Shown here piece by piece: positions 43,069 to 56,745 of a stretch of 64,000 nt of DNA. The position numbers and the translations under genes are program-made. Under the pieces are notes generated by a model. That model saw only the letters and a program-made list of their open reading frames with translations. It had not been told where the DNA came from and searched no databases. Position 1 is the stretch's first letter. Each line of letters starts with the position of its first letter. Source of the stretch: the human T2T-CHM13v2.0 reference genome, Homo sapiens; the NCBI RefSeq assembly GCF_009914755.1, contig NC_060933.1. One strand, 5' to 3'.

Positions 43069-44884
43069 CATAAGAACAACTTATAACTCATTAAACACAT
43101 GTAAGTCATGAAATCAAACATGAACAGATGCAGATTCAGTGCCAACCTATACAAGCCATATTGCAATTTAATTTTATTCAAGTATGTGTTTAGAAAAGAC
43201 AAATGATTAAGGCAATAATTGCAGTTCAATATGTTTGGAGAAAGAGGAAATATCAAAGCATACTTTATTTCTTTGTTATAGATGTGATTAAGAAGAACTG
43301 TAGAAAGCTTTAGGATTCTTAAAATACACATTTTTATAGGAAAAAACTATTTTCCATAGAAGTTTCTAATAGCTACATTATTAATGCCTAAGTTTAAAAA
43401 TTATACCTTAGAGGTACATAATTATTCAGAAAACTGTGAAATTTTTTATGTCCTATAATTATCGTGCTATAGTAGAAAACAATTTTGAGTTGTGTTTACA
43501 TATCTGAAATTCCAGACTCTATTCTTTGGGGCAGTACTGCAAGATTCAATGGGTAAACCTAAAGAATTTCTAAAAGAATCAGAACATCTGTACAGTCTTT
43601 GCTATGCAATCATCTTTAAGAACACCTGAAAGGGAAGATGCACTTCACTTGCAGAAAAGTGAATTCTCTGCTAAATAAACAAGTCATTCTTAATGTTTTT
43701 GAAGAATAAAAGGACCACTTCTTGGCAAAGAGATACTTTAGAATAAAAGGAAGATGGAAAACACTTCTAAAGCTGCTGATGGAAGTAAAAGATCACTGAC
43801 TGTGACAAGAAGCTCACTGAATTTGCAGTGTCTTGTGGCATAATCTTCCCCTTGAAGATCAGATATTAAGGGCAGAAAAGTAAACTTACATTTAGGATCT
43901 CTCATTTTAAATGAATAATCCCACAGAAATTGAACTTTTGATTTTTGACAATAAGAACTTCCTTATGGTGCATTTTTGAAATGCTTATTTACTCCTACAT
44001 AATTATCATCGACTCCCAGCATAGGCTATTTGATATGGTTTAGGTAAAACTGGTCACTTAGGTAAGGGTGACTTCTGAAGACACTAAGAAAATATATTGT
44101 TCCCAAATGATTCCATCAACATTGTCTAAAATGTTACCATTAGATATTTATTTCTCTAAAAATTGGTCCATTCACAGAATCGTTTTTAATGCACATTTTG
44201 CTATTAAATGGACACAGATGAGTTTCTCAGGTGGCAGTCATTACAGCCTTTGGCCTCTAGAGAAAGAAAAACTAGTACAGAAAGGAAAGTAGGAAAATCA
44301 CAAAGAAAATAAAGAGGTAATTCTCTTCAAAACATGAATTGTGCTAAGCCCAGTGAGGCATAAAAATGCAGTCACAAATATATTGGTTACCACTACCTGT
44401 AATCATAGAGTAACAGGTACCAAAACTTTTACATATTGCAAAGAGGAAAATATAAATTAAGTGTTCTGAGTCAAAAAAAGAGATGCTTCTACCAGAATTG
44501 TTGAAATACAAGAGAAATCCTAGAAATATAATTCAGTATTCTCATTTTACCAATTAATAAGCTGAGATATTGTAGTATGGCTAAGTTTCCTATGATGACT
44601 AGCGAAAGGTTAAAATATAAAATCTCTAAAACTAAGTCTGTAAACTAAATTAATCTGTAATCACTACTTTCTAGAAGTAACACTAGATGTAATCATGTCA
44701 AATATAATAAAAACAAAATAAAACCTTAAAATGGAATAGAATTATTTATAAATAAGTGTTTTAACTAATGATTAGGTGGTATGAGAGAGTCATAGCATGA
44801 AATGTCTAATGACAAACAGTCCTGGTTCAAGTCCCAACTCTGCACAATTAATTTTTCTATCACATTAGACAAAATTTTTATTTT

Positions 44885-45470
44885 TCTTGCTTATTGAGAT
44901 ATAATCTACAGAAAATTTATTCTTTTTAGGAGTATGAGTCTATGATTTTTATAAACTTATTTAGTCATGTGATTACTACCACAATCAAAATAGAGAACAT
45001 TTGCATCATCCCAAAAGTTTCTCTCATATTTTTTTTTGCAGTCAATATCCACTCCCAACTCCAGCTGCTAACCACCACTGATCTGTGTTTGGTCCTCATA
45101 GTTTGACCTTTTCCAAGATGTCCTCTAAATGAAAATACACAATACAGGTTGAGTGCCCCTTACCCAAAATGCTTGGGACCAAAAGAGTACATATGAATCA
45201 TAACGTGTTTATCCATTTACCAGTTGATGGACATTTTGGTTGCTATGTATGTGTTTTGTATGAACAGATGTTTTCATTTCTCTGGGTAAATATGTAGGAT
45301 TTGGTTTGCTGGGTCATATGGTAAGTAAAAGTTTAACATCGAAGGAAACTGTCTAACTGTTTTCCAAAGAGGCTGAAAGAGGCTGAACCACATATTATAC
45401 ATTCCCAATGAACAATATCTGAAAGTTGCTCTGCTTGCTCTGAAATCTCACCGGCATTTGATATTGTTAG
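44885..45470 (-). mobile_element. L1M 3' region (reverse), internally deleted
   Basis: TTATTGAGATATAAT..CCACAATCAAAATAGAGAACA..CCAGTTGATGGACATT..GCTGGGTCATATGGTAAG. Confidence 0.85.
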
Positions 45471-46124
45471 ATTCCTGTAAAACAGTGCTTACTAATATCT
45501 CAGTTTCTTTGTTTGAGAAGATTTTATGAGATAAGAACTGCAAAACCCCTATTGACATTTCAGCTGTAGAGTAGGTCATGTATACATTTTCAGCTTCTTC
45601 TAAGTTTCTGTTAAAACATATACTCTACCACTAATGATGATAATCCATGAACACCTTCCAATCTGTTAGACACTCATGAAAATGTTTCTGGTTACCAGGA
45701 AACATAAGGCTAGTAAAGGTATAGTAGTATGAATATGGTTAGCCAGATGCTGAAAGATGTTGGATGAAAATGGAGAAGGGGCCATTGGAAAAGCTGACCT
45801 AGTTTAAAGTGATACTCTACTACTTAATTCTGGGGAAGATAACTATTTTTGAAACTCAATTTTCTAATCAATAAAATGAGGATAAAAATAATACTCACTT
45901 TTTAGGCCTTAGTGAGTGATCAAAGGATTTATAGAAGAAAGGGCTTTTTACAATATGAAACATTAATTTGTGTTATTAAGGAGAAGCTGGTTTATAAATG
46001 TAATGATATAAAGATTATGTTGTTTTCAACATCTCCATGAGATGTATTAGTCAATTTAGTCATGAAAAAAATACAAGTAAATATAATTATTCATGTGAAA
46101 ACTCTAACCTAATGTGTCATTTAC

Positions 46125-46680
46125 TTCATTCATTAAAAAAAAAATATACTGTGTATCTGCTATGTGTAAAGCACTGAAGACACAACATTAAATAAAATAT
46201 ATATGACCTCTTACCCTCTTAGAGCTTTCAGCAATTTAGTACACTAATTAAATATGCAAATTACTATGCTAGAATATAATCAGTGCTATTGATGAAAGAA
46301 AAGCAGATAGGGAGAATATGGAGTGTTAGGAAGGGTTGGGTGTATTAGGACTTTTAATAGGGTGGTCAGAAATGCCTCTTTCTAAAAGTGATACAACTGG
46401 AAATAATTGAGGATATGAACCATATAGGCTGCGGGAGCAAGATCTGTTTTAGAAAGAGGCATAGGCAGGATTGGAGCACACCTGGCATATACAAAAAAAT
46501 GTGAAGAGGGCAGTTGACCTGCAGAAGAGGAAGCAAGAAAGATAAAAGTTGTAAATTATGTGGTGGGAGTGTGCATGATCACATGAGTCCTGTGTGCTAT
46601 TATAACAAGGGTTTTCACTTTTACTTTGAACTAGTGGAAAACCACTGGTTTTGAGCAGAAGGTTGACTTTTTTTTTTCCA
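46125..46680 (-). mobile_element. L2 3' fragment
   Basis: TTCATTCATT..CTGCTATGTG..AATAGGGTGGTCAG..GGTTTTGAGCAGA. Confidence 0.7.
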
Positions 46681-46681
46681 G

Positions 46682-47160
46682 TGCATATTATTTTTCTACT
46701 GCTGCTATAACAAGTTACCACAAACTTAGTAAATTAAAATAACACAAATTAATTTTCTTATAGCTCTGGAGGCCAGAAGTCTGAAATGTATCCTACTGAT
46801 TAAAACCAAGAAAATGGCAGGGCTTGTGTGCCTTCTGATGGCTCTAGGGGAGAATCTGTTTCCTTGCCTTTTTAAGCTTCTAGAGACACCTACATTTCTT
46901 GGTTTATGTCCTCCTCCTCCACTTTCAAAGCCAGCAGTCCAGCACCTTTAAATTTCTCTCATGCCCTCCTGTCTTCCTTTTATAAGGACGCTTTTGATTG
47001 CATTGGGCCCACCCACATTATCCAAGATAATCTCCCAAACTCAAGCTTCTTAACTTAATTACATCTTCAACATCTCTTTAGCCATGTGAAGTAATATATT
47101 TAAAGGTTCTGAGGATTAGGATGTAGACAATTTTGAGGGCCAATTATTCTGCCTACCACA
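46682..47160 (-). mobile_element. MaLR solo LTR (MLT1B/C/D-like)
   Basis: GCTGCTATAACAAGTTACCACAAACTT..GGCTCTAGGGGAGAATCTGTTTCCTTGCC..CTGCCTACCACA. Confidence 0.9.
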
Positions 47161-50100
47161 GTATGTCAAGAGGTATTAGTGCTTTGGATGTCTTCTAAAG
47201 AGCAGCAGGAAAATGAAACTTGGATGGGAAAAATGTGGCAGTGTTTACTAATTGTCTAACACTATGCTGGGAGAAGAGTCTATTGGAACTAGACATGACA
47301 TGTTCATGTTTGTGTTATAAGAATCATCTTCAATGCAGCAGATGAAGAGAAACAATTTATCTAGATGGCCAAGCTTAGTAGAAATGAAAATTTTAAAAGT
47401 CCAAACTCTAAGTGATCCACTTCTATGTTGATTAGGATGCTTTCTGATCAATGCATTGATCTCACGGGTCATTTTATTAAAAATATATGGGTGCCCACAA
47501 CAAATAACTGATGCTAATGATCTTTCTATTTACCTGCCATTTTAAGTTATTTAGACATTATGGGTTTTAAATTAGTCCCTTTTGAGTTTGGTTAATGATG
47601 CTGACTTCTAGAACTCATGTTGGAAACCAAAAAATTAAACCAGATTTTAGAGGTGTATTCTAAGAACCAAGTCCTGGTCCATGTTGATTCAGTGGATATA
47701 GGGATGAACTATAAGTCTATAACAGGGAGCAAATCACCTGGCCTTCACATACCTTATATTCACTTAGCTTTAATGTTTCTCATTTAATATAAAAAACAGC
47801 AACAGTAATAATAGCTAACATGTATTAGTCCCTTAAGTGCCAACACAATATTAAATGCAGTTCATGTATTATTTTCCTGTGCAATCCTTTGATATAGTTA
47901 CTCATAATGGCCTCATTTTACACATAAAAACTCTGAGAAATACTCTAAAAAATGTTACTGAGCTTACAATTTCATTTATTAAAATGATAGGAAAGCAAAT
48001 CCTGTCTTTGATAAGAGAGAAAGTTTCAGACATTAAAATTCCCAGCACACCAATATATTCTCTATGTTTTAATATCAGAGATTAGGTAATATAAATATAA
48101 TTTATATTAATCCATTTAACTCATGTGTTACACTAACAGTTAATATTGAAGACATATATTTACATACATACATAAAAACAAGCATAAAAACACATACAGG
48201 GTATAATAATCAAATTGATAAGTACTTACCACTTGAGACCACATGAATAGTATCCCAATTTTCTTTTACTTTGTATTGAAACCAATTGGATTTAAGTTCA
48301 AAATATTTTTTATTTTTCATTTATCCCAAAACGAAAGGAACAGAACAATGCTTGACAGCTATATACTTTTTCATCTTTCAATATTTAAAGAAAAAAAGAG
48401 AACAGTGTGTCTTTTTTATTACCACTGAAAAATTCTTCATGTTGGCATTCTGAAAGTGGCCATTAATAGCACATTTGTAGAACTAGCTACAGAAAAGGAA
48501 CATGTGCTAAAGACTTGATTTCTGTAAAAATGATGCGATAAGTAAAAACGTTCACTCTTTTCTTTCCCTTCCTTCAGTGATTACCAGTTAAGAAAATGAG
48601 ACTCTTACATTTGGATCCAGTAGGTAAGAAGAATCTATATTAGTCCTTTTCAACATCATAATTTTTAAAGCCATTGTTGCATAATTTACAAAGAATTTAT
48701 GGATTATAGAAAACAGGAAGACAGACTATAATATCATTTTGGAAATAACAATATTGAAACTACAGTGTCAGAGCTTGATATTTTTCTGGCATTTCAAAGA
48801 CACAAACATGAGTAAGGAGAGGTAAACTTCCCGTTGCTATAGGCGATGAAACTCATGGTAACATAGCATGAGGGGATTTAACTGGTTATGCATTGATAAC
48901 ACACCAAGCATTAGTCATCCCGAAGGGAAACTTTAATTTCTTACATCAAATTCTTCTCCATGGTGATTCAGCTTGTGACCTCGCATATTGGAGGCATAGT
49001 TATGAGTAAAAGGTGAACTTTGTTATATGGTGTGTTCTTCAATCTACCATGACTCATGAACCATATTTTATAATGTCTGCTTTATAAACGTGTTTCAAGT
49101 TGTGAAAATAATATGTACCTCATCAAAAAGTAAAGAAGAGCAGCATTCCATGGAAAGGCAGCATTGTAGAACACTGACCTTTTCACATTTATCATGTAGC
49201 TCTCTTGCCTCTCTAATGGATATCTTGACATTTTCATTTGAAACGATTGTTGTGTTCCCTGACATTTTTGTCTCCGTCATTGAAATCATAAGGGCTAGCA
49301 GCAATTGTTTGCAATTACCTGGCATGTGAATCATTTGCAGTTATAAGAAGCATAAAAATATATTTTAGCACAAAATGCTTTGGGATATATCTCAGATCAC
49401 AGAGATTTTGCATTTGTTTATGCAAGTGATTCAGTAGCTTACCTGATTTGATAAGATTACAGCTATAAATGTTAATTGTACATAGCATTCTTTTGAGTCT
49501 AAATATTTTTCAAATATAAATTGAACTGAATGCTCATATTCTCAAAGTTTTTTGAAGATTTGTTTTTATAAGCTAATTAATTCGTTTATACTTTTCATTT
49601 TGAGTTTAAATATAACATGAAAAATATAAATATACTTTTCAATAAGTAAGCATGTATATATTTGCTTATAGTTTATTTTTTATCTAACATCTGAGGTTTA
49701 TACCAAAATACGTAAAACAAAGAAGAGAATAAATAATAAGAATATTGAAGTTAAAATATATGAGGAATTTAATAAAGGTAAGATTATTACATGAAAAGGT
49801 ATATATTATGTGATGTTATATGGTTAATAAAGGTCATCTCCAATTTTGATTCTGAGATATGTAGAGGTCAAAGCACAAAAGAAAAATGAAGGGTTATAAG
49901 ATTCACAGCATCACTAAAATAAAAACAAACAAGTTGTTTAAGCAAAACACAGCTTATCTTCAAAATGAATCCTGTATCAATTTTCCCCCGTGGGTCTTTA
50001 TAAAGACAATTATTTCTTTAGCATCCCAGTGTTTTTCCATAATACATGCTCTGTACAGCAGTGGTTAACAAAGAATACCTGGAATTATGTTGTTAGGGTT

Positions 50101-50987
50101 GAATCCTGGTTAACTAGCGAGCTGCTTAACTAACAGGTTTTTTTTTATATATGTAAAATGGGGAAAAGCAATATTAATTTTTTAAAGCTCTTGGGAGGAA
50201 AAAATTGGGTGAGTTTTGTGAAGTGCTTAGTTCAGTGCCTGACACATTTTTAGTATTGAATTAATATTAACTTCATGCAGCTTCAACATCCTCTGGGTTA
50301 AGTGATAAGGACGCTGATGTATAATTGAGTAAACATGTATTTTATGACTGTCAAATTAATGGGGTCCAAGAATGCCATTCTGGTTTAATCTAAAGGAATA
50401 ATTTAGAGCATCAAATAGTCTTTCCAGAGCTTAATCCACAGAACACTAATGTCATAAGATGGTTCCATCAGATTGTTGTGTGAAACTCAACCCTTTAAAT
50501 CCTCTCTTCAGGCTGCAGAGTAAACATGAACCTATTTGGGGCTCTGAACTACCCTTTTTTAAGCAACCTATTTAACTCTGTTCAATACATCTTATTAGTT
50601 TTGTTTGTCTGTTTGTTGTTTCATTGCTGAACTGTTTTGTTTGTTTTTATAACATAGTTTTTAGAACCATGTATTAGTATATAGTTATTAGTGTTCAACT
50701 GTATGCAGTTTAGGAAACACTGCCCTAGAGCAATAGATGATGGCATGGACCTCAGGCAATCTTCCATAATGCAATTTCTTATAGCTCAGTTTTGGGAAAG
50801 CATTACAAGGCAAATATTTCAAGTTCATATTTTTTGAAAAAACCCAGAGTGCAGATATTTTACATTGCTGCCTAACATCTGAAGCATGAGATTTTGTTGG
50901 TGACCAATAATGAAAATTAATGGGCTTTAATAAAATACATGCCTGAAGAGGTTCCATCACAGTCCAAATTTATATTGGACAAGAAAG

Positions 50988-52484
50988 TGTTGCTGGTGGT
51001 GAATCTGTATGGGTCTGCAGGAACCTCAATTCTTGCCTCCTCAGAAAAAAAGAATTTGATGGAGGGGCATAAGGTGGCATAAGAAACCAAAGCAAGTTTT
51101 AGAGCAAGAGTGAAAGTTTATTTAAAAAATTAGAGCAGAAACGAAGGGAAGTAAAGTACACTTGGAAGAGGGCTAAGTAGGTGCCTTGAGATATCAAGTG
51201 TGCAATGTGAGCTTTGACTTGGGGTTTAATATGTTGGCATGCGTCCATGGTCTTGTGTTACTTCATCGTTGATTCTTCCCTTGGGGTGGGTTGTCCACAT
51301 GTGCAGTGGACTGTCAAAGCTTGGGAGGGCCGCATGTGCAGTACATTTACTGGAGTTCTACACATGCTCACTTAAGACATTCTTCCCTTACCAATCAAGT
51401 GTTCCTATAAGAACATATACCGGTTAAACTCTGCCATTTTGCCTCTAGTGTGCATGTGTGAACCCACATGCCCAACTCCTGAAATCTTACTGGGAAGCAG
51501 CTGATTACCACCTTCAGGTTTTTTTCTATTAGGAGACTGTCTTCCCCTGGCACCAGCTGTTGAAATGGGAAAAGTTCCCTTGTCCCCCTCACAGGGCATG
51601 CACTGGGGGCATGGCTCACTTCTTTAGTGCCCTGCTGCTCAAACCTCTAGGGGAGCATACAGACAGGCAGGCTGTGGGGCTCTAACCCCACGGCAGTGTC
51701 TGGGGTGAATGTTTACGTCTCCTGAAACCCCAGTGGACCTGTGTTACAGTGTGCGCTTTTAGTTTTGCTCTCTATAGGCAGCTTGTGTTAATCAGCTCAA
51801 TTAGACCCTCTACCTTGTCACAAGGACAGAGGGCTTTCTGTAGCTTGGTTTCTTGCCTTGGTGTACCGGAAGAATCGGATCACACCTGGGCTTGGAGAAT
51901 GAGTGCAAGGTTTTAATGAGTAGCTCCCAGCAGATGGGGGAAGCCAGAAGGGGATGGAGTGGGAAGGTTTTCCCCTGGAGTAAGGCCACTCAGTGGCCCA
52001 AGCTCTCCTCTGCCTGCCCCAGCCAAACTCTGTGTTGTTCTGCCTATCGGTAGCCCGCCAACATGCTGTTGCTAGTCCGTGTGCTCCTTTCAACATCTAG
52101 CCACCTGTGTGTCTGCCTGCTAGTCTTGGGGATTTTGTAGGCACAAGATAGGGGCATGGCAAGCTAGGGTGGTTTTGGGAAATGCAACATTTGGGTAGGA
52201 AAACAAATATGCCTGTCTTTACCTAGGTCCACAGGCACAGGCCCAGGGATGGAGACCTAGCCAGGGACCACGCCCTCCTCTACCCAGCACTTCCCTTCCC
52301 CACTCCATTTCATGGAAGGGACCATGCCCTTCCCTTCTCAGCACTTCCCTATCACTTTGACCAATTATTATTTTAGAGCGACAGTTACAAATCTCCTGAC
52401 CGTCATCTGATGGTTGCTTGACATTGCTAGTGGGGGTGGTGCTCTCCTGCCCTGCTCATGTCTGACTAGTTACCTACTGTAACA
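50988..52484 (-). mobile_element. ERV1 solo LTR (MER66-like), split by a second LTR
   Basis: TGT...ACA ends. 4-bp TSD AAAG at 50984-50987 and 52485-52488. Minus strand starts TGTTACAGTAGGTAACTAGTCAGACATGAGCAGGGCAGGAGAG. Confidence 0.85.
51561..52354 (-). mobile_element. ERV1 solo LTR (MER52/LTR27-like) nested in the MER66-like LTR
   Basis: TGA...TCA ends. Minus strand starts TGATAGGGAAGTGCTGAGAAGGGAAGGGCATGG. Near-TSD CTGT/CTTT. Confidence 0.82.
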
Positions 52485-52914
52485 AAAGGAACAACTATCT
52501 GGGCCAAAATCTTACTTAAGATACCAGTTCTGGGCCTATTTCAACATGGTCATATAATTGAAGACTCATAGAATATAGCATTTTAAGTGTAAGATAAAGC
52601 ATTTCCAAACAGTTAGCTACCACAGACTTATACCACGTAGCCACATATCCAAAGACGAATTAACTCTCAATTTTACTACTTAAGAAATTGAATAATTTTA
52701 CCTCTTGCAGAAACACGTGTACCATACATTCCTTATATGAAATATTGTCTGATATCTCCAAAAATCTTATTTCTCAGTAGTCATTCTTAAGCCATCTTTT
52801 CAGCAATAATTAAATAGCATAGTTAATAATTTTTAGACTACTCTTAGCATATGCTAAAAAAATCACATTATAAAAGAAAAGTATCTATATTTGATTTCAA
52901 AATTACATATGGTT

Positions 52915-53025
52915 CATTCAAAAGTAGCAAAAACAAAGCTGGGGACATCACACTACCTGATTTGAAAACAGAAAACAGTTATAGTAATCAAAACATCATG
53001 GTGCTAAAATAGAAACAGACATATA
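52915..53025 (+). mobile_element. L1MA ORF2 fragment, left part of the interrupted L1
   Basis: GCAAAAACAAAGCTGGGGACATCACACTACCTGA..ATAGTAATCAAAACA..AACAGACATATA. Continues colinearly at 55380. Confidence 0.85.
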
Positions 53026-53293
53026 CTCTGTCGCCCCAGCTGGAGTGCCATGGTGCGAACTTGGCTCGCTGCGGCTTCTGCCTCCTGGGTTCCAGTGGTT
53101 CTCCTGCCTCGGCCTCCTGAGTAGCTGGGATTACGGGCATGCGCCACCACACCCAGCTGGTTTTTGTATTTTTAGTAGAGATAGGGTTTCTCTATGTTGG
53201 CCGGGCTGGTCTCGAACTCCTAACCTTGGTTGATCCACCCGCCTTGGCCTCCCAGGGTGCGGGGATTACAGGTGTGAGCCCCCGTGCCCAGCT
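53026..53293 (-). mobile_element. Alu (AluS) lacking its tail, carried inside the retrocopy
   Basis: The reverse Alu begins abruptly at CTCTGTCGCCC right after the TSD and has no poly-T. Confidence 0.93.
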
Positions 53294-53517
53294 GAGATCT
53301 GATGGTTTTACACGTGCTTGGCAGTTTCTCCTTCACATGCTCACACTCTCTGTGCAGCCGCCATGTAAGTGGGACCTGCTTCCCCTTCTGCTATGATTGT
53401 AAGTTTCCTGAGGCCTCCCCAGCCACGGGAAACCATGGAGTCAATTAAACCTCTTTCCTTTATAAATTACCCAACCTCAGGTATTTCTTTATATCAGTGT
53501 GAAAACAGATTAATACA
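53294..53517 (+). mobile_element. THE1/MST MaLR LTR 3' part, carried inside the retrocopy
   Basis: GAGATCTGATGGTTTTA..ATGATTGTAAGTTTCCTGAGGCCTCCCCAGCC..GATTAATACA. Confidence 0.9.
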
Positions 53518-53534
53518 CCTTCTGATAATCATGC

Positions 53535-53740
53535 TTGAGGAATTGGGGAATTCAGACTACCTGGGATCAAATTGTGGCCCCACCCTTAGCAGTCATGTGG
53601 CCTTGGGGAGGTTACTTACCTTCTCCATTTCAACTTCTTCTGTAAAATCTGTAAAATGAGATTGTTTCTGAGGGTTAAATGAGCATAGCACAGTGGGGAC
53701 ACTGTCAGGCACATACTCCTTGCTAGATGGTGAGTATTCA
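53535..53740 (+). mobile_element. MIR, carried inside the retrocopy
   Basis: CAGACTACCTGGG..TGTGGCCTTGGG..TCTGTAAAATGAG..TGAGGGTTAAATGAG. Confidence 0.7.
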
Positions 53741-54250
53741 TCTTTATTGAATTAGGACAGTGGTACCCCACTTTATGGCTCTCAATTTTTTATGACAAGA
53801 TCATGTTTAGTGCTTTTTTAGTAAAAGAAAGAAAATCTGAAAGTCTCTACCATGGAAGGAAGAAACAGAAGGGAGAAAAGAGAGTTGGTAAGTTTCATCA
53901 TTTTAGAGCTTCAGGGAAAAGTTAGGTTTCTATTTTATGGAGAAGGAGGTGGAGGCAGGATGGTCCTAAGGTGTCATTCAAGACATACAGCCATAACTCT
54001 TTATTGAGAGTAGAGCTAGGGCCCCAGGGATTGCTGTGGTCAAGTTACAGACAAAAATGACCACTCATTAGAAGACAGGAGAGGAGTGTTTAGTTAGAAA
54101 AGCAGTCAACAATTCAGGTGTATCTACATTCAGTCAGCAAATAAAAGTTGTTCAACTTGGTTGCTAATGGGAACCACTCTACTGAGGCTTTGTATAGAAC
54201 TCATAGAGGAAAACGGCTTCAAATAACGAACTACCCTGTGCTTTTCTTGC

Positions 54251-55235
<985 letters not shown>

Positions 55236-55373
55236 CACATTACCCTTTCCCTATGCTATATAAGCCCTGAGCTGGGGAGGTGGCGGTAATGGCATAGGGA
55301 TCCACCATCTTGTCTTGGTACCATCCCTGACTTGGCTTCTGTTCATAAACGCCTAATAAATGTTTCATTCTGA
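55236..55373 (+). mobile_element. LTR fragment (MER93-like) supplying the poly(A) signal of the retrocopied transcript
   Basis: TTCCCTATGCTATATAAGCCCT..GGATCCACCATCTTG..GGCTTCTGTTC..AATAAATGTTT aligns by eye with the reverse complement of ~16500-16630. Confidence 0.78.
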
Positions 55374-55379
55374 GAAAAA

Positions 55380-56745
55380 AGAAACAGACATATAGATGAA
55401 TGGAACAGAATAGAGAGCCCAGAAATAAATCCATGAATGTGTGGCCAATAGATTTTAACAATGATCCCAAGACATTCTGTTCATTAAATGATGCTAGAAA
55501 GACTGGATATTCACATGGAGAAGAATGAAAATAGACCCTCATCTCATACCATATGCAAAAACCAACTCAAAATGTATTAAAGACTTGAATGTAGAACTTA
55601 GAACCGTAAAAGTACTTTAAGAAAATAGAGGGATAAAACTATGTGACATTGGTTTTGAACAATGATATTTTTGTATATGGAACAAAAGCAAAGGCAACAA
55701 AAACAAAAGTAAACAAAAGGAAGCACATCAAACTAAAAAGCTTCTGCACAACAAAGGAAATAATCAACAGATTGAAGAGACAACTTATGGAAGAGAAATT
55801 GTATTTGCAAACCATACATCTGATATGGAGTTAATATTCAAAATACATAAGAAACTTAAACAACTCAGTGGTAAGAAAACAAATAACCCAATTAAAAAGT
55901 GGTCAAAGGACATGAGTAGACATTTCTCAAAAGGAAATATACAAATGGCCAACAGGAATACTAAAAAATGTTCAACACCGCTAATCATCAGGGCAATTCA
56001 ATTTAAAACCGCAATGGGGTATCACTTTACACCTGTTAAAACAGCTGTTATCAAAAAAGATGGAAGATAAGTGTTGGTGAGGAGATAGACAAAAGGGAAA
56101 CCTTACATACTGTTGGGAATATAAATTAGTACAGCCATTATGAAGACAGTGTGAAGGTTCCTCAAGAAATTAAAAATAGAATTACCATATGACCCAGCAA
56201 TCCCACTATTGGGTATATATGCAAAGGATATGAAATGGATGAATGCATAAAAAATGTGTTATGTATAAACAATGAAATACAATTAAAAAAAGAAAGGAAT
56301 TTCTGTCATTTGCAACAACATGGATGAACCTGAAGGATATTATGTTAAGTGAAATAAACTAGACACAGAAAGACAAATAATGCATAATCTCACAAATAAT
56401 GCATTATCTGGAGTGTAAAAAAGCTCAATTCATAGGATCAGAGAGCAAAATGATGGTTACCAGAGGCTGAGGGGAATGGTGGGGACTGGGGAAACAAAAT
56501 TTTAGTCAGATGGGAGGAATAAGATTAAGAGATCTATTATGTGTCATGGTGACTACAGTTAATATCAATATATTTTATATTTGAAAATTGCTAAGAAAGT
56601 AGATTTTAAATGTTCTTACGGCAAAAATAATAGGCATTTAAGATAGTGCATATGTTAATTAGCTTTAGCCATTCTATAATGTACACTTATATCAAAACAT
56701 CATGTTGTACACTATAAATACGTAAAATTTTTACTTGTCAATAAA
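55380..56745 (+). mobile_element. L1MA 3' portion (ORF2 end and 3'UTR), right part of the interrupted L1
   Basis: [54 protein letters not shown]1MA 3'UTR ending GTCAATAAAA. Confidence 0.93.

Noticed and set aside
45365-45388. Direct repeat AAAGAGGCTG x2 (and a ~19-bp duplication near 56373-56410)
   Set aside because: Simple slippage duplications inside L1, with no array structure.
49090-49334. Overlapping 79-aa ORFs on both strands
   Set aside because: No recognisable homology and length is within chance expectation.
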